DNA of 51,839 nucleotides, taken from positions 1-51,839 of the forward strand of contig CAYRUX010000011.1 of the NCBI GenBank assembly GCA_964427515.1, read 5' to 3'. Below the pieces are notes generated by a model. The model was given only the letters and a program-made list of their open reading frames with translations. It searched no databases and had not been told where the DNA came from. Source of the stretch: an uncultured Rhizobiaceae bacterium. Lineage in GTDB: Bacteria > Pseudomonadota > Alphaproteobacteria > UBA828. The first letter of the stretch is position 1; each line of letters begins with the position of its first letter. Made by a program: the position numbers and the translations under genes. Positions 40,141 through 48,709 of this stretch are shown piece after piece.

Positions 40141-42177
40141 CTAATGTTGTATGACGGGAGACCCCAAATGATAAACTAATGCGGTATCAAGAAAGTTTAC
40201 ATCCAGACTGCCCTCTCGTGATACCAACCTTCCAACACTTAATTCTAATGATAGGTTCCGCGATATTTTATATGATAAACCACTAGCGGCTTTAAAAATC
40301 AAAGCACTTGAGCTATCTACACCACCTCCACCACCGGCACCAATTAAAGTTTCAAGAAATAAGTTAGCCGAGCCAATATTTGGGCTCATAGCTCCCACTC
40401 CCCAGAGACCTTCTGAATAACCACCTGCCCCACCGGCATAAGCACTTAGAGCCTGACCAGTTAGGTACCACCAATTTCCTGGCATCCAATCGAATTTTGC
40501 TCCCAAAAGTTCCATATCTTTGGAAGCAGAACTTTTTCTGGGTGCGTCAAAATACCATTGGTGGATGGGGCGTATGCGCCACCTTTCTGTGCGTATTTTG
40601 TCATTGGGTGAAAGTAATGTCCCTTTTTTATCAAGGGATAAATTTTCCGTGACGTAAGAAATGTTAAATCCAACATAGGGCGCTTCAAAATTACCATCCG
40701 GAGCGGTCATATAACCGCCATCGCCAATTATGCTTAATTCTCGAGCGAGGCGGTATTCCAGACCAAGATTGGCTCGAGTAACAAATCCTCCGCCCGTATC
40801 AACAGCCCCACCTCCAGCACCGCCGAAGGTTATACTTGGCAAAATAGCCAACCGATCATTCGTCGTAAGTCCTTGTCGCAATCCTATTCCACCAAGTAAT
40901 TCAGCATATCCACCGACATTACCTGAGAATGCACCCGCCGATTCCAGATCAATAAATAGATGTTTGTTTAAAAAGTAAGCATAATTTATTCCGACGACCC
41001 CTATTGTTTTGTTTAAGGCGTTGCCAGAGACATTTTTACTATCAGTGGTAGGATTATAAAACCTGCTACGTATCGAAATATGAGAGCGATGTCTGCTTAC
41101 CTTGGATAAGGAGGAGTCAAAATAGTTATCGGCGCGTTCGATTGAAGTAAACCAATCCTCGGTTGCTGACTGAAAATTTGTATCTAGCTGTAGGCTAATT
41201 GAGTCACTCTCAATATCACCGTTTGGAAATTCAACATGGCTGTAGCCGAGCCCTAGGGAATATTGACCAAAATCATAAAACAACCCGACATAAGGCCTTA
41301 ACATCAGACCTCCACCTTGAGGTGCGTCACCGCCGCCTCCCGCACCAACATAAAAACTAGTATCAGCATACAGTCGTTTGAGTAGAGGGAATTTTAGCCC
41401 GGATGTAAAACCGCCTGTAAAGAAGCCACCTCGTTCTCCAGTTGCGGCGCCAAAGGCATTAAGTCCACCATAAAACCAAGGATAAAACTCTTGGAAATAT
41501 CCAAGCCCATACAACCCCATTTGCTCGCCGGCGACTGGCATTTCAACTTCTTCAAATGAGATGCGAAATGTACGACGTTTCCAATATGACTCCAATTCTC
41601 GTACATTTTTATGATAATTATTTGTTGATGGCGGCTCCTTATTGGTTTCATAGTTATTTTGCTTAAATGCTTTGGTTGGACTCTTTGTTTCTCTGGTTTT
41701 ATGGACAACCCGATTAGTATTTGCCAGTTTGCTAGATATTAATTTTTTATATCCAGGAAAGGTGTTGACTATTGTCTTGGCAATATACTGACGATGTGAT
41801 CTTCCTAAATTTATAGCGGTTTCAATTATTATATCTGCATGGTCAGGATAATTTGCTAATGCTGAAATTACCTGAGAACTAAACTTCGTCGCAGCAGCAC
41901 GACGAGAAAAGCGAGTTGACGTTTTTGAGATTTCCTCTTTGCGTGCGTTAGTTCCATTGTCCACTATTGATTTAAGTACTAGCCTTGGTAAGGCGGTATC
42001 CGCAGATAGTGCTGCGTGATTATATCCGATACTTAGCGATAAAATGCCTAAAATTATGCCAAACACCAATAATAGCATTCGAATATGCAATCGTTTCTGA
42101 AAACATACTACTCGATTTGTGTAATCCCCTATGGGTCTAATTCTCATAAGTGGCCCTGAATGCGTTTGTTGCTCCAA
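40141..42177 (-). CDS. Unrecognised secreted protein with three glycine-motif repeats; probable outer-membrane beta-barrel protein
   Basis: Hydrophobic signal-like segment MLLLVFGIILGILSLSIGYNHAALSA. Three modules of about 135 aa share G-[AG]-G-G-G-x(2,3)-D-x(2)-G-G...GL.Y...S. Candidate starts are TTG 42177, ATG 42147 and ATG 42078. Confidence 0.6.
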   Translation of the reverse strand: MEQQTHSGPLMRIRPIGDYTNRVVCFQKRLHIRMLLLVFGIILGILSLSIGYNHAALSADTALPRLVLKSIVDNGTNARKEEISKTSTRFSRRAAATKFSSQVISALANYPDHADIIIETAINLGRSHRQYIAKTIVNTFPGYKKLISSKLANTNRVVHKTRETKSPTKAFKQNNYETNKEPPSTNNYHKNVRELESYWKRRTFRISFEEVEMPVAGEQMGLYGLGYFQEFYPWFYGGLNAFGAATGERGGFFTGGFTSGLKFPLLKRLYADTSFYVGAGGGGDAPQGGGLMLRPYVGLFYDFGQYSLGLGYSHVEFPNGDIESDSISLQLDTNFQSATEDWFTSIERADNYFDSSLSKVSRHRSHISIRSRFYNPTTDSKNVSGNALNKTIGVVGINYAYFLNKHLFIDLESAGAFSGNVGGYAELLGGIGLRQGLTTNDRLAILPSITFGGAGGGAVDTGGGFVTRANLGLEYRLARELSIIGDGGYMTAPDGNFEAPYVGFNISYVTENLSLDKKGTLLSPNDKIRTERWRIRPIHQWYFDAPRKSSASKDMELLGAKFDWMPGNWWYLTGQALSAYAGGAGGYSEGLWGVGAMSPNIGSANLFLETLIGAGGGGGVDSSSALIFKAASGLSYKISRNLSLELSVGRLVSREGSLDVNFLDTALVYHLGSPVIQH

Positions 42178-42589
42178 ATAATTTGAGGCTCTTTAATAAT
42201 TACAGTAAATAGTATTGTCGTATCTCGCAAATGAACCGTGAAGTATGATTATTATCATAACATTCGGATTTTAGAAAACGACCCTTTGTGTGTGGTTTAT
42301 ATTATAATTTTATGTATATTAACTCGTGAGAAACTCAAGGTAATATTTTTAACAGCGTTTCAATTGCTCAAATATCGACATATGTTAAATTCGAAACGGT
42401 ATATTTGCTCGGTTGGAAATTTATTACCCTCTTACCTTTGTACTTTCTGGTATATACTCATAGAATTATCATAGCGTACTAGGAGATTAAGGCATCATTG
42501 ATATGGCGATAGTTTTTTTGGGTTGCGGAGGCAGAAATGACAAGAACTGAATGCTCGCGGGAGTATTATGTGGCCCTAGGGAGAATATG

Positions 42590-45355
42590 ATGCATTTACG
42601 GCGTTGTGCTGGTTTGGTTCTAGCTGCCTTAATGTGCTATGGCGGGCTGATGCAAGAATCTAGTGCGCAGGATGCAGTTTTACAGCAGCTGTTTCAGGAG
42701 GAAATCAGGGCTCGCGGTATTGGGCCGATTGCTGATCAACCCATTGTAGAACCGTTAGAACCGTATCCTGTTATTGATTCAGAATTGACTGAATCAGAAT
42801 ATCGGAGCATTACCCAGCGACAGAAATTGGAAGAGTTGCGACCAACTCCACTAGAGCTGGATTTCTCGGCACGGGCGGGAACTGACCTCAAGCAATTTGG
42901 GTACGAATTGTTTCATACTCATAAAACTAGATTAGTTGCGACTAATCTTGGAGGAGCACCGGATGATTACGTATTGGGTGTTGGAGATTCGATAATTGTA
43001 ACTTTTCGGGGTCAACTCAGAAAATCTGGATCCACGAAGATAGATTCAGAGGGAAGACTTGTCCTAAAAGACCTGCCTCCCCTCGTAGCAGTTGGTAGAA
43101 CCTTTGGTGAATTAAGAAAGGAATTAGAATCATTAACTGAAGAAACTCTTCTTGGATCTGAAATATATATATCCCTTGGGTCTGTCCGCCGGATCTCTAT
43201 CTTGGTGGTTGGAGAAGTTCGAAATCCAGGGGCGCAGGCACTGCCAGCGTACTCGACAATTATTGACGCTATAGCTTTGTCTGGAGGTATAAGAAAAACG
43301 GGATCTCTTCGAAATATACAGGTTGTTCGGGGTGATGAGATTTTCTGGTTGGATTTATATGATCTAATTTTTATGGGTACTCTGAGTAGAGACGTAGTGT
43401 TAAGAAATGGCGATCGAATAGTGGTTCCAGCTATTGGTGAAACCGTTGCTGCTGCGGGTTGGGTGAATAGGCCTGGAATCTATGAACTTAGAGTAGGTGG
43501 TAAGACTCCCACGCTCGATGATATGCTAAAATTTGGAGGGGGTGCCGTAAGACCCACTGGAAACAGACTTTTACATATAACATTAGAAAAAGATGGGCGT
43601 CAGCTAGTAGAAGAGCGAAAACAAGCAGAGGAGGCAGATATTCGAGCAGGCGACATTCTTTTAGTAGAGTTGGGTCAAAACATTCAACATGGTAATGTTA
43701 GGGCAATGGGACATGTCTCAGTGGAGGCAAGACGATCATTGGCCAGCGCACCAACTTTGAGAGCGCTTCTAGCGGACGGTTCAATACTTGAAAATAATCC
43801 GTATTTATTATTGGGCGCAGTAGAAACTACAGACACTAATACGTGGACCAGGAGGTTATATCCTGTAAATTTGCGTAATGTTTTTTCCGGTTCGGTAGAT
43901 TATCGCTTGCATGATAAGGACGCAGTCCTTGTATTTAGTGCGTCAGATATTGAATATCTAATGAGTGACGATGTGCAGCAATTTCTTGTATCTGAAAATC
44001 CTCAAGATTTGGAAACAGAATGTGTGGGTCTACGGGCGCTAAAGAAGGCGATAGTTTTAGGAACGCCGGGTAAGTATGATGCTGCTGTGTTATACAAGGA
44101 AAAGAGCACACCAAAACATCAAGAACGATTAGAAGATCCGGTACATTTTGTTGGATACAAACGGTTGGTATTGGAGGAAAGGCGAGTTGCCTTGTCGGAA
44201 CGTCAAGCAAAGCTCGCAGAAATGAAGGAAAGAATAAGATTAGATCCTCTACAATCTGATGAGTTAGTCAAAGTTCTTTCTGAAAAAGAATCACCCTGCC
44301 CCGAGCTGTTCGAGCGTTTTCCTAAAGCTTTGCCGTTTTTACTAGAACATACTATGATGTTACAGGGTGAAATAAGATCGCCCGGAATTTATCCAATCAC
44401 GAGTGGAACTGATCTAGCGGCTATCGTTTCGGCAGCGGAAGGGCTCTCGCGAGATGGCGATGTATCCCATGTTGAGATTATTAATCGTAGTTCTCGCTCC
44501 GGAGCAACGAAGAGTAAAGGAGCTCAGGATCTGTCGCAGACGGGCCTGGCATCAGTACAACTTGAGCCAGGTGATACAGTGCAAATTGGAAAAAGGTTTC
44601 TAAGCAGGTCCTCTGGTAGTGTGAGTATTTTGGGAGAGGTCAGGCACCCTGGTAGATATACTATAACCCGTGGCGAACGTATGTCTGATATTATTGTTCG
44701 GGCAGGCGGTTTTACTGCAGAGGCATATTCTGATGGTGCAGTTTTTACGAGGCAAAGTGCGAAGAAAAGGGAGAGACTTGGGTACCAACGCTCAGCTGTT
44801 GAACTCGAAAGATCTATTGTGACAGCCTTGTCAAGCAAGCGCGGCAGGGCAGCTAGGGCTGGGGGGGGGATTGAAATTGTCAGTCAGCTAGTAGACACTC
44901 TACGTTCAATTGAACCAGTTGGACGTGTTGTTGTTGAAACAGACCCTTTGGTCTTGAGCCGCTCGCCTGAATTAGACATATTAATGGAAGCAGGGGATCA
45001 GTTATTTATTCCTAAGCGGCCAAGCTCGGTAACCGTATCTGGTGAAGTTCTGAACCCTGGCGCGATTCAATACGCAGCAGGCTTAAAAACAGAACATTAT
45101 ATTGAGATGGCAGGAGGCGTCGGACAAAGTGGTGACGACAACAAGGTGTTTGTGGTATTTCCAGATGGGTCTGCAAGGCCGGTATCCATCTCCTATTGGA
45201 ACTATGATTCGAGGGAAATTCCGCCAGGAAGTACAGTGGTTGTTCCTCGAGATGTTACGCCCGTCGATTTTGTATCGTTAGCAAAGGACATAACCCAAAT
45301 TTTTAGCCAGCTCGCTATTCGAGCGGCCTCACTTGCTGAACTTGAAGATGATTGA
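42590..45355 (+). CDS. Giant outer-membrane polysaccharide export (OPX, Wza/KpsD-family) protein with multiple SLBB domains
   Basis: Signal peptide MHLRRCAGLVLAALMCYGGLMQESSA. Poly_export-type motif DDYVLGVGDSIIVTF. At least five SLBB-type starts: GEVRNPG, GWVNRPG, GEIRSPG, GEVRHPG and GEVLNPG. GGGAGA Shine-Dalgarno 5 nt before ATG 42590. Confidence 0.85.
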   Translation: MHLRRCAGLVLAALMCYGGLMQESSAQDAVLQQLFQEEIRARGIGPIADQPIVEPLEPYPVIDSELTESEYRSITQRQKLEELRPTPLELDFSARAGTDLKQFGYELFHTHKTRLVATNLGGAPDDYVLGVGDSIIVTFRGQLRKSGSTKIDSEGRLVLKDLPPLVAVGRTFGELRKELESLTEETLLGSEIYISLGSVRRISILVVGEVRNPGAQALPAYSTIIDAIALSGGIRKTGSLRNIQVVRGDEIFWLDLYDLIFMGTLSRDVVLRNGDRIVVPAIGETVAAAGWVNRPGIYELRVGGKTPTLDDMLKFGGGAVRPTGNRLLHITLEKDGRQLVEERKQAEEADIRAGDILLVELGQNIQHGNVRAMGHVSVEARRSLASAPTLRALLADGSILENNPYLLLGAVETTDTNTWTRRLYPVNLRNVFSGSVDYRLHDKDAVLVFSASDIEYLMSDDVQQFLVSENPQDLETECVGLRALKKAIVLGTPGKYDAAVLYKEKSTPKHQERLEDPVHFVGYKRLVLEERRVALSERQAKLAEMKERIRLDPLQSDELVKVLSEKESPCPELFERFPKALPFLLEHTMMLQGEIRSPGIYPITSGTDLAAIVSAAEGLSRDGDVSHVEIINRSSRSGATKSKGAQDLSQTGLASVQLEPGDTVQIGKRFLSRSSGSVSILGEVRHPGRYTITRGERMSDIIVRAGGFTAEAYSDGAVFTRQSAKKRERLGYQRSAVELERSIVTALSSKRGRAARAGGGIEIVSQLVDTLRSIEPVGRVVVETDPLVLSRSPELDILMEAGDQLFIPKRPSSVTVSGEVLNPGAIQYAAGLKTEHYIEMAGGVGQSGDDNKVFVVFPDGSARPVSISYWNYDSREIPPGSTVVVPRDVTPVDFVSLAKDITQIFSQLAIRAASLAELEDD

Positions 45356-45383
45356 TTACAAGTTAATTATGGTTTTCTAGGTT

Positions 45384-46478
45384 ATGAGTACCGAAAACGA
45401 CAAACCTGAGATTAAATCATCCGAAGCGCGGGGTGAGATGGCAAGATCGACCAGTTCTAACGATAGTTCAGACAAGATAGCTATGGATAAGTTAGAAGGT
45501 AATTCTGAACTTATCCAGAGCCGAAACTCAGACTTACAAACCATTGTTTCTCGAGAGGTGGATTCAGACTTTTATAGGTTTGTCTGGATTGTTCTGAGAG
45601 GCTGGTGGATAATTCTCATAGTTGTAATATTGTCGGTTACCTATGCTGGTTATTCACTGACGAAACATGGGCCGACATACAAAGCGCATATGCTTTTACG
45701 AGAGGTTACCAAAGGTACAACACAATCTATTCAAATGCCTACTAGAATGGCAAACTTAGCAGCGAACTTTGGGATTCCGGTAGGACCTTCAGGGTCAACT
45801 AATTTTAAACGTTTAACGCTTTTGTTTGGTACCACCCCTTTTGCGGAATATCTTGATAGTAAATACGGATACATTAAACGCGTATATGGCGGAAGTTGGG
45901 ATGAGGAGAATAAGAGATGGATAGCTCCTACTGGATGGCAAGTTGATTTGGATAATTTTTTTCGGCGCTTTGCCCCAATTCCTGAATGGCAACCTCCAAG
46001 ATCACAAGAGCTAGCAAATTATATTAGAAGCAATATTTCTATAGTTCCTTACCCTGCTGCTAAGGATATATTCAGACTAGAGTTTCGACATCCAGATCGT
46101 GATTTTGCTTTGGAGTTTTTACGAAACGTATATTTTGAAGCTGAACAAGAGCTTTCTAGTCAGGAAATAAAGCGTGAGTCTAGTTTGGTCAGTTATTTTA
46201 AAACTCAATTAGCTAAGGTATCCATAAGTGAATATCGAGATGCGCTATTTTTTGTATTAGCGGGTCGAGAAAAGAGGCTTATAGAATTACAATCCGGAGC
46301 ACCTTATGCAGCTATAGTTATTGCACCACCATCAGTTTCTGAAAAACCTTCCAAACCAAATGTATTTGTTCGACTGGTTCTTGGTGGGATTATAGGTTTA
46401 GGTCTGGGGATTGTTGTAGTCTTGATCGTTGCAATATCTAAAAGGATAATTTCTCAACGTCCCTCGAAATTAGCTTAA
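45384..46478 (+). CDS. Wzz-like polysaccharide co-polymerase (PCP) without a kinase domain
   Basis: Two TM helices (WIILIVVILSVTYAGYSL and LVLGGIIGLGLGIVVVLIVAI) flank a periplasmic region. A Pro-rich segment (APPSVSEKPSKPN) precedes TM2. Confidence 0.75.
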   Translation: MSTENDKPEIKSSEARGEMARSTSSNDSSDKIAMDKLEGNSELIQSRNSDLQTIVSREVDSDFYRFVWIVLRGWWIILIVVILSVTYAGYSLTKHGPTYKAHMLLREVTKGTTQSIQMPTRMANLAANFGIPVGPSGSTNFKRLTLLFGTTPFAEYLDSKYGYIKRVYGGSWDEENKRWIAPTGWQVDLDNFFRRFAPIPEWQPPRSQELANYIRSNISIVPYPAAKDIFRLEFRHPDRDFALEFLRNVYFEAEQELSSQEIKRESSLVSYFKTQLAKVSISEYRDALFFVLAGREKRLIELQSGAPYAAIVIAPPSVSEKPSKPNVFVRLVLGGIIGLGLGIVVVLIVAISKRIISQRPSKLA

Positions 46479-46616
46479 TTTGAGCGTCATAAAGAGAAGA
46501 CTATAGGTTTAATTAAAAAAAACTGACGATTTTTGTTATTTAACTTGACTTCGAAGTTGTTTGTTAATCCTCAAATGTTATAAGAACATCTGAAAATTAA
46601 TTGGATTCGAAATAAG

Positions 46617-47456
46617 TTGAATATTGTTATTCTTACAGGGGCGGAACTGCGTCACGATTTTGTCCGGAAATCTCTAGGAATTGTAGATGATATTCATGTT
46701 CAGTTAGCGTACTGTGAGGATACATGCCTAGAAAGGTCCATTCTGGATCAGTGTGATGAAAACAAAGAGCGTTTGGCTCATCTGGAAAGGCGTTCGCAGT
46801 CCGAGAAAGACTTTTTCTCGGCTATGCACAGGTTTTGTCCGGATAGAACGAGCCCGATTTTAATAGAAAAAGGGGAAATTAATAAACCGGTTCACATTGA
46901 CAAAGTCATTTCTCTAAATCCAGATCTAATAGTTGCTTATGGATGTTCGATTATTGAGGATCCTTTGCTAGACGCTTTTGATGGTCGGATCCTTAACGTC
47001 CACCTTGGTCTTTCTCCTTATTATCGGGGTAGCGGAACCAATTTCTGGCCACTAGTGCATAAAAAGCCAGAATTTGTTGGAGCAACTTTCATGTATATGG
47101 ATCGTGGTATTGATACGGGTGAGGTAATTCATCAAGTGCGAGCTAGAATATGCGCTGGTGATTCCCCCCACCAAATAGGTAACAGGCTTATTTTTGACAT
47201 GGCTCTGGTGTACGGCGAAATAATCAGACGATATGAAAGTTTAATAAAAATGCGACAATTAGTGACACCTGCAGACGTGCATTACTATAGGCGGAAAGAT
47301 TTTACTGAAGAATCCGTCGTGAGTTTACGAAATAACTTTTCGGCGGGCATGATAGAAAAGTATATTGACGAAAGGAGTGAGCGCTGTGAAGCCGTTCCGA
47401 TTTTAGTTAATTCTGTAATTGCACCCGTAGAGAAATTGTTGGAGGAAGCACTGTGA
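46617..47456 (+). CDS. Formyltransferase-family protein (probable sugar N-formyltransferase)
   Basis: LNVHLGLSPYYRGSG (N-x-H and the SLLPxxRG-like motif), with IDTG Asp 37 residues after the His. TTG start. Confidence 0.7.
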   Translation: MNIVILTGAELRHDFVRKSLGIVDDIHVQLAYCEDTCLERSILDQCDENKERLAHLERRSQSEKDFFSAMHRFCPDRTSPILIEKGEINKPVHIDKVISLNPDLIVAYGCSIIEDPLLDAFDGRILNVHLGLSPYYRGSGTNFWPLVHKKPEFVGATFMYMDRGIDTGEVIHQVRARICAGDSPHQIGNRLIFDMALVYGEIIRRYESLIKMRQLVTPADVHYYRRKDFTEESVVSLRNNFSAGMIEKYIDERSERCEAVPILVNSVIAPVEKLLEEAL

Positions 47457-48385
47457 AGGCTGTCATGTATCATTATATACGGCCGGAACCAAAAGGCCTC
47501 CCTTATTTAAGCTATTTGCATTTAGATGATTTTCGAAGGCAGTTAGATTTCTTTGAGCAAGAGTATGGGTTTATTTCAAAAGAAGATTTTTTAAATTCTG
47601 TAAATACTGGGGATCCAGCAGGACAAGGAATTATCTTAACCTTTGATGATGGTGTGGCTGATCACTATGATTATGTATTGCCGGAATTGAGAAGTCGGAA
47701 CTTATGGGGAATATTTTACATCCCAACAGGGAGTTATCAAAACGGTGGATCTTTGCTTGATGTTCATAGGCTACATTTACTGTTGGGCGCATTTGGCGGG
47801 GATACAATCGTAACTGGGTTGAATAATGTTATAGCTCCTGAGATGTTGAGCCAAAGTCATTTGCAAGAGTTTCGGGGGTTAGCGTTTGATAGACAGGACA
47901 ATGAAGCTAATGCAGCGTTATCAAAATTGATACTAAATTATTTTGTACAGTATGAGTATCGAGAAGAGATAATTGATCATCTAATGAAAAGATATTTTAA
48001 TGGAATGCGATCTGAGGCCGGGAATTATTACGTAACTTCGGATCAAATTAAAGAAATTCAGGATTATGGAATGATTATTGGCAGTCATGCCGTCAGTCAC
48101 CGTATTTTGAGTAAGTTAACGGTTGCAGAACAAGCAGAAGAAATTAGAAGTTCGTTTGATTTCTTGGATGGAGTGACAGGAGGGTTAACAACTCGCACTT
48201 TTTGTTTTCCCTACGGTGGGAATGACTCGTTTAATGTTGAAAGTGAACGTTTGCTAGAAGAAGCAAAGTGTCAATTTTCTTTTAAAGTTGCACCAAGAAG
48301 CATCACTGCCAAAGACTTGTCAGGTCGACGTCAGGCATTGCCACGTTTTGATTGTAATAGGTTTAGGTATGGTCAAGTAAGATAA
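47453..48385 (+). CDS. NodB-fold polysaccharide deacetylase/deformylase family protein
   Basis: LTFDDG, GSHAVSH (H-x3-H) and FPYGG motifs. The GTG start overlaps the formyltransferase TGA (GTGA), with GGAGGA 6 nt upstream. Confidence 0.8.
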   Translation: MKAVMYHYIRPEPKGLPYLSYLHLDDFRRQLDFFEQEYGFISKEDFLNSVNTGDPAGQGIILTFDDGVADHYDYVLPELRSRNLWGIFYIPTGSYQNGGSLLDVHRLHLLLGAFGGDTIVTGLNNVIAPEMLSQSHLQEFRGLAFDRQDNEANAALSKLILNYFVQYEYREEIIDHLMKRYFNGMRSEAGNYYVTSDQIKEIQDYGMIIGSHAVSHRILSKLTVAEQAEEIRSSFDFLDGVTGGLTTRTFCFPYGGNDSFNVESERLLEEAKCQFSFKVAPRSITAKDLSGRRQALPRFDCNRFRYGQVR

Positions 48386-48709
48386 TTTCCTCGATGAAAT
48401 TATAAGGTGTCAGGTATTTACCGATAACTATCTATGTAATGTTACAAAACCCTGACAAAGTTTCAGAAAAATAGGTTCAATTGCCACTGATAAAGTCGTA
48501 TTACAAAGCAGCAAATGTGTTTTGCCATTAGGGAGTATAGCTTTAATTGGCTTGTGAAAAGAGGGGCGCTGTTTTTGGGTTATTTTATCGATCAGCTCAA
48601 CTAGGCGAGAAATTCTGTAAACTAGCTGTGACCACGAGTAGAAGACCGTTGTTTATGCCCGGGGCACTTGAACCTACTTCGTTATGCGTTGTAATTCTGG
48701 CAAATTAAA

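Noticed and set aside
42238-42474. 78-aa ORF in the divergent region upstream of the OPX gene
   Set aside because: Extremely AT-rich sequence gives an Ile/Leu/Tyr/Asn-rich translation, with no ribosome-binding site. Most likely non-coding regulatory DNA.
42505-42512. GGCGATAG, resembling the ops/JUMPStart core GGCGGTAG upstream of the export gene
   Set aside because: It has one mismatch in an 8-mer, so it is easily a chance match. RfaH/ops control is characterised in Gammaproteobacteria and is not established for this lineage.
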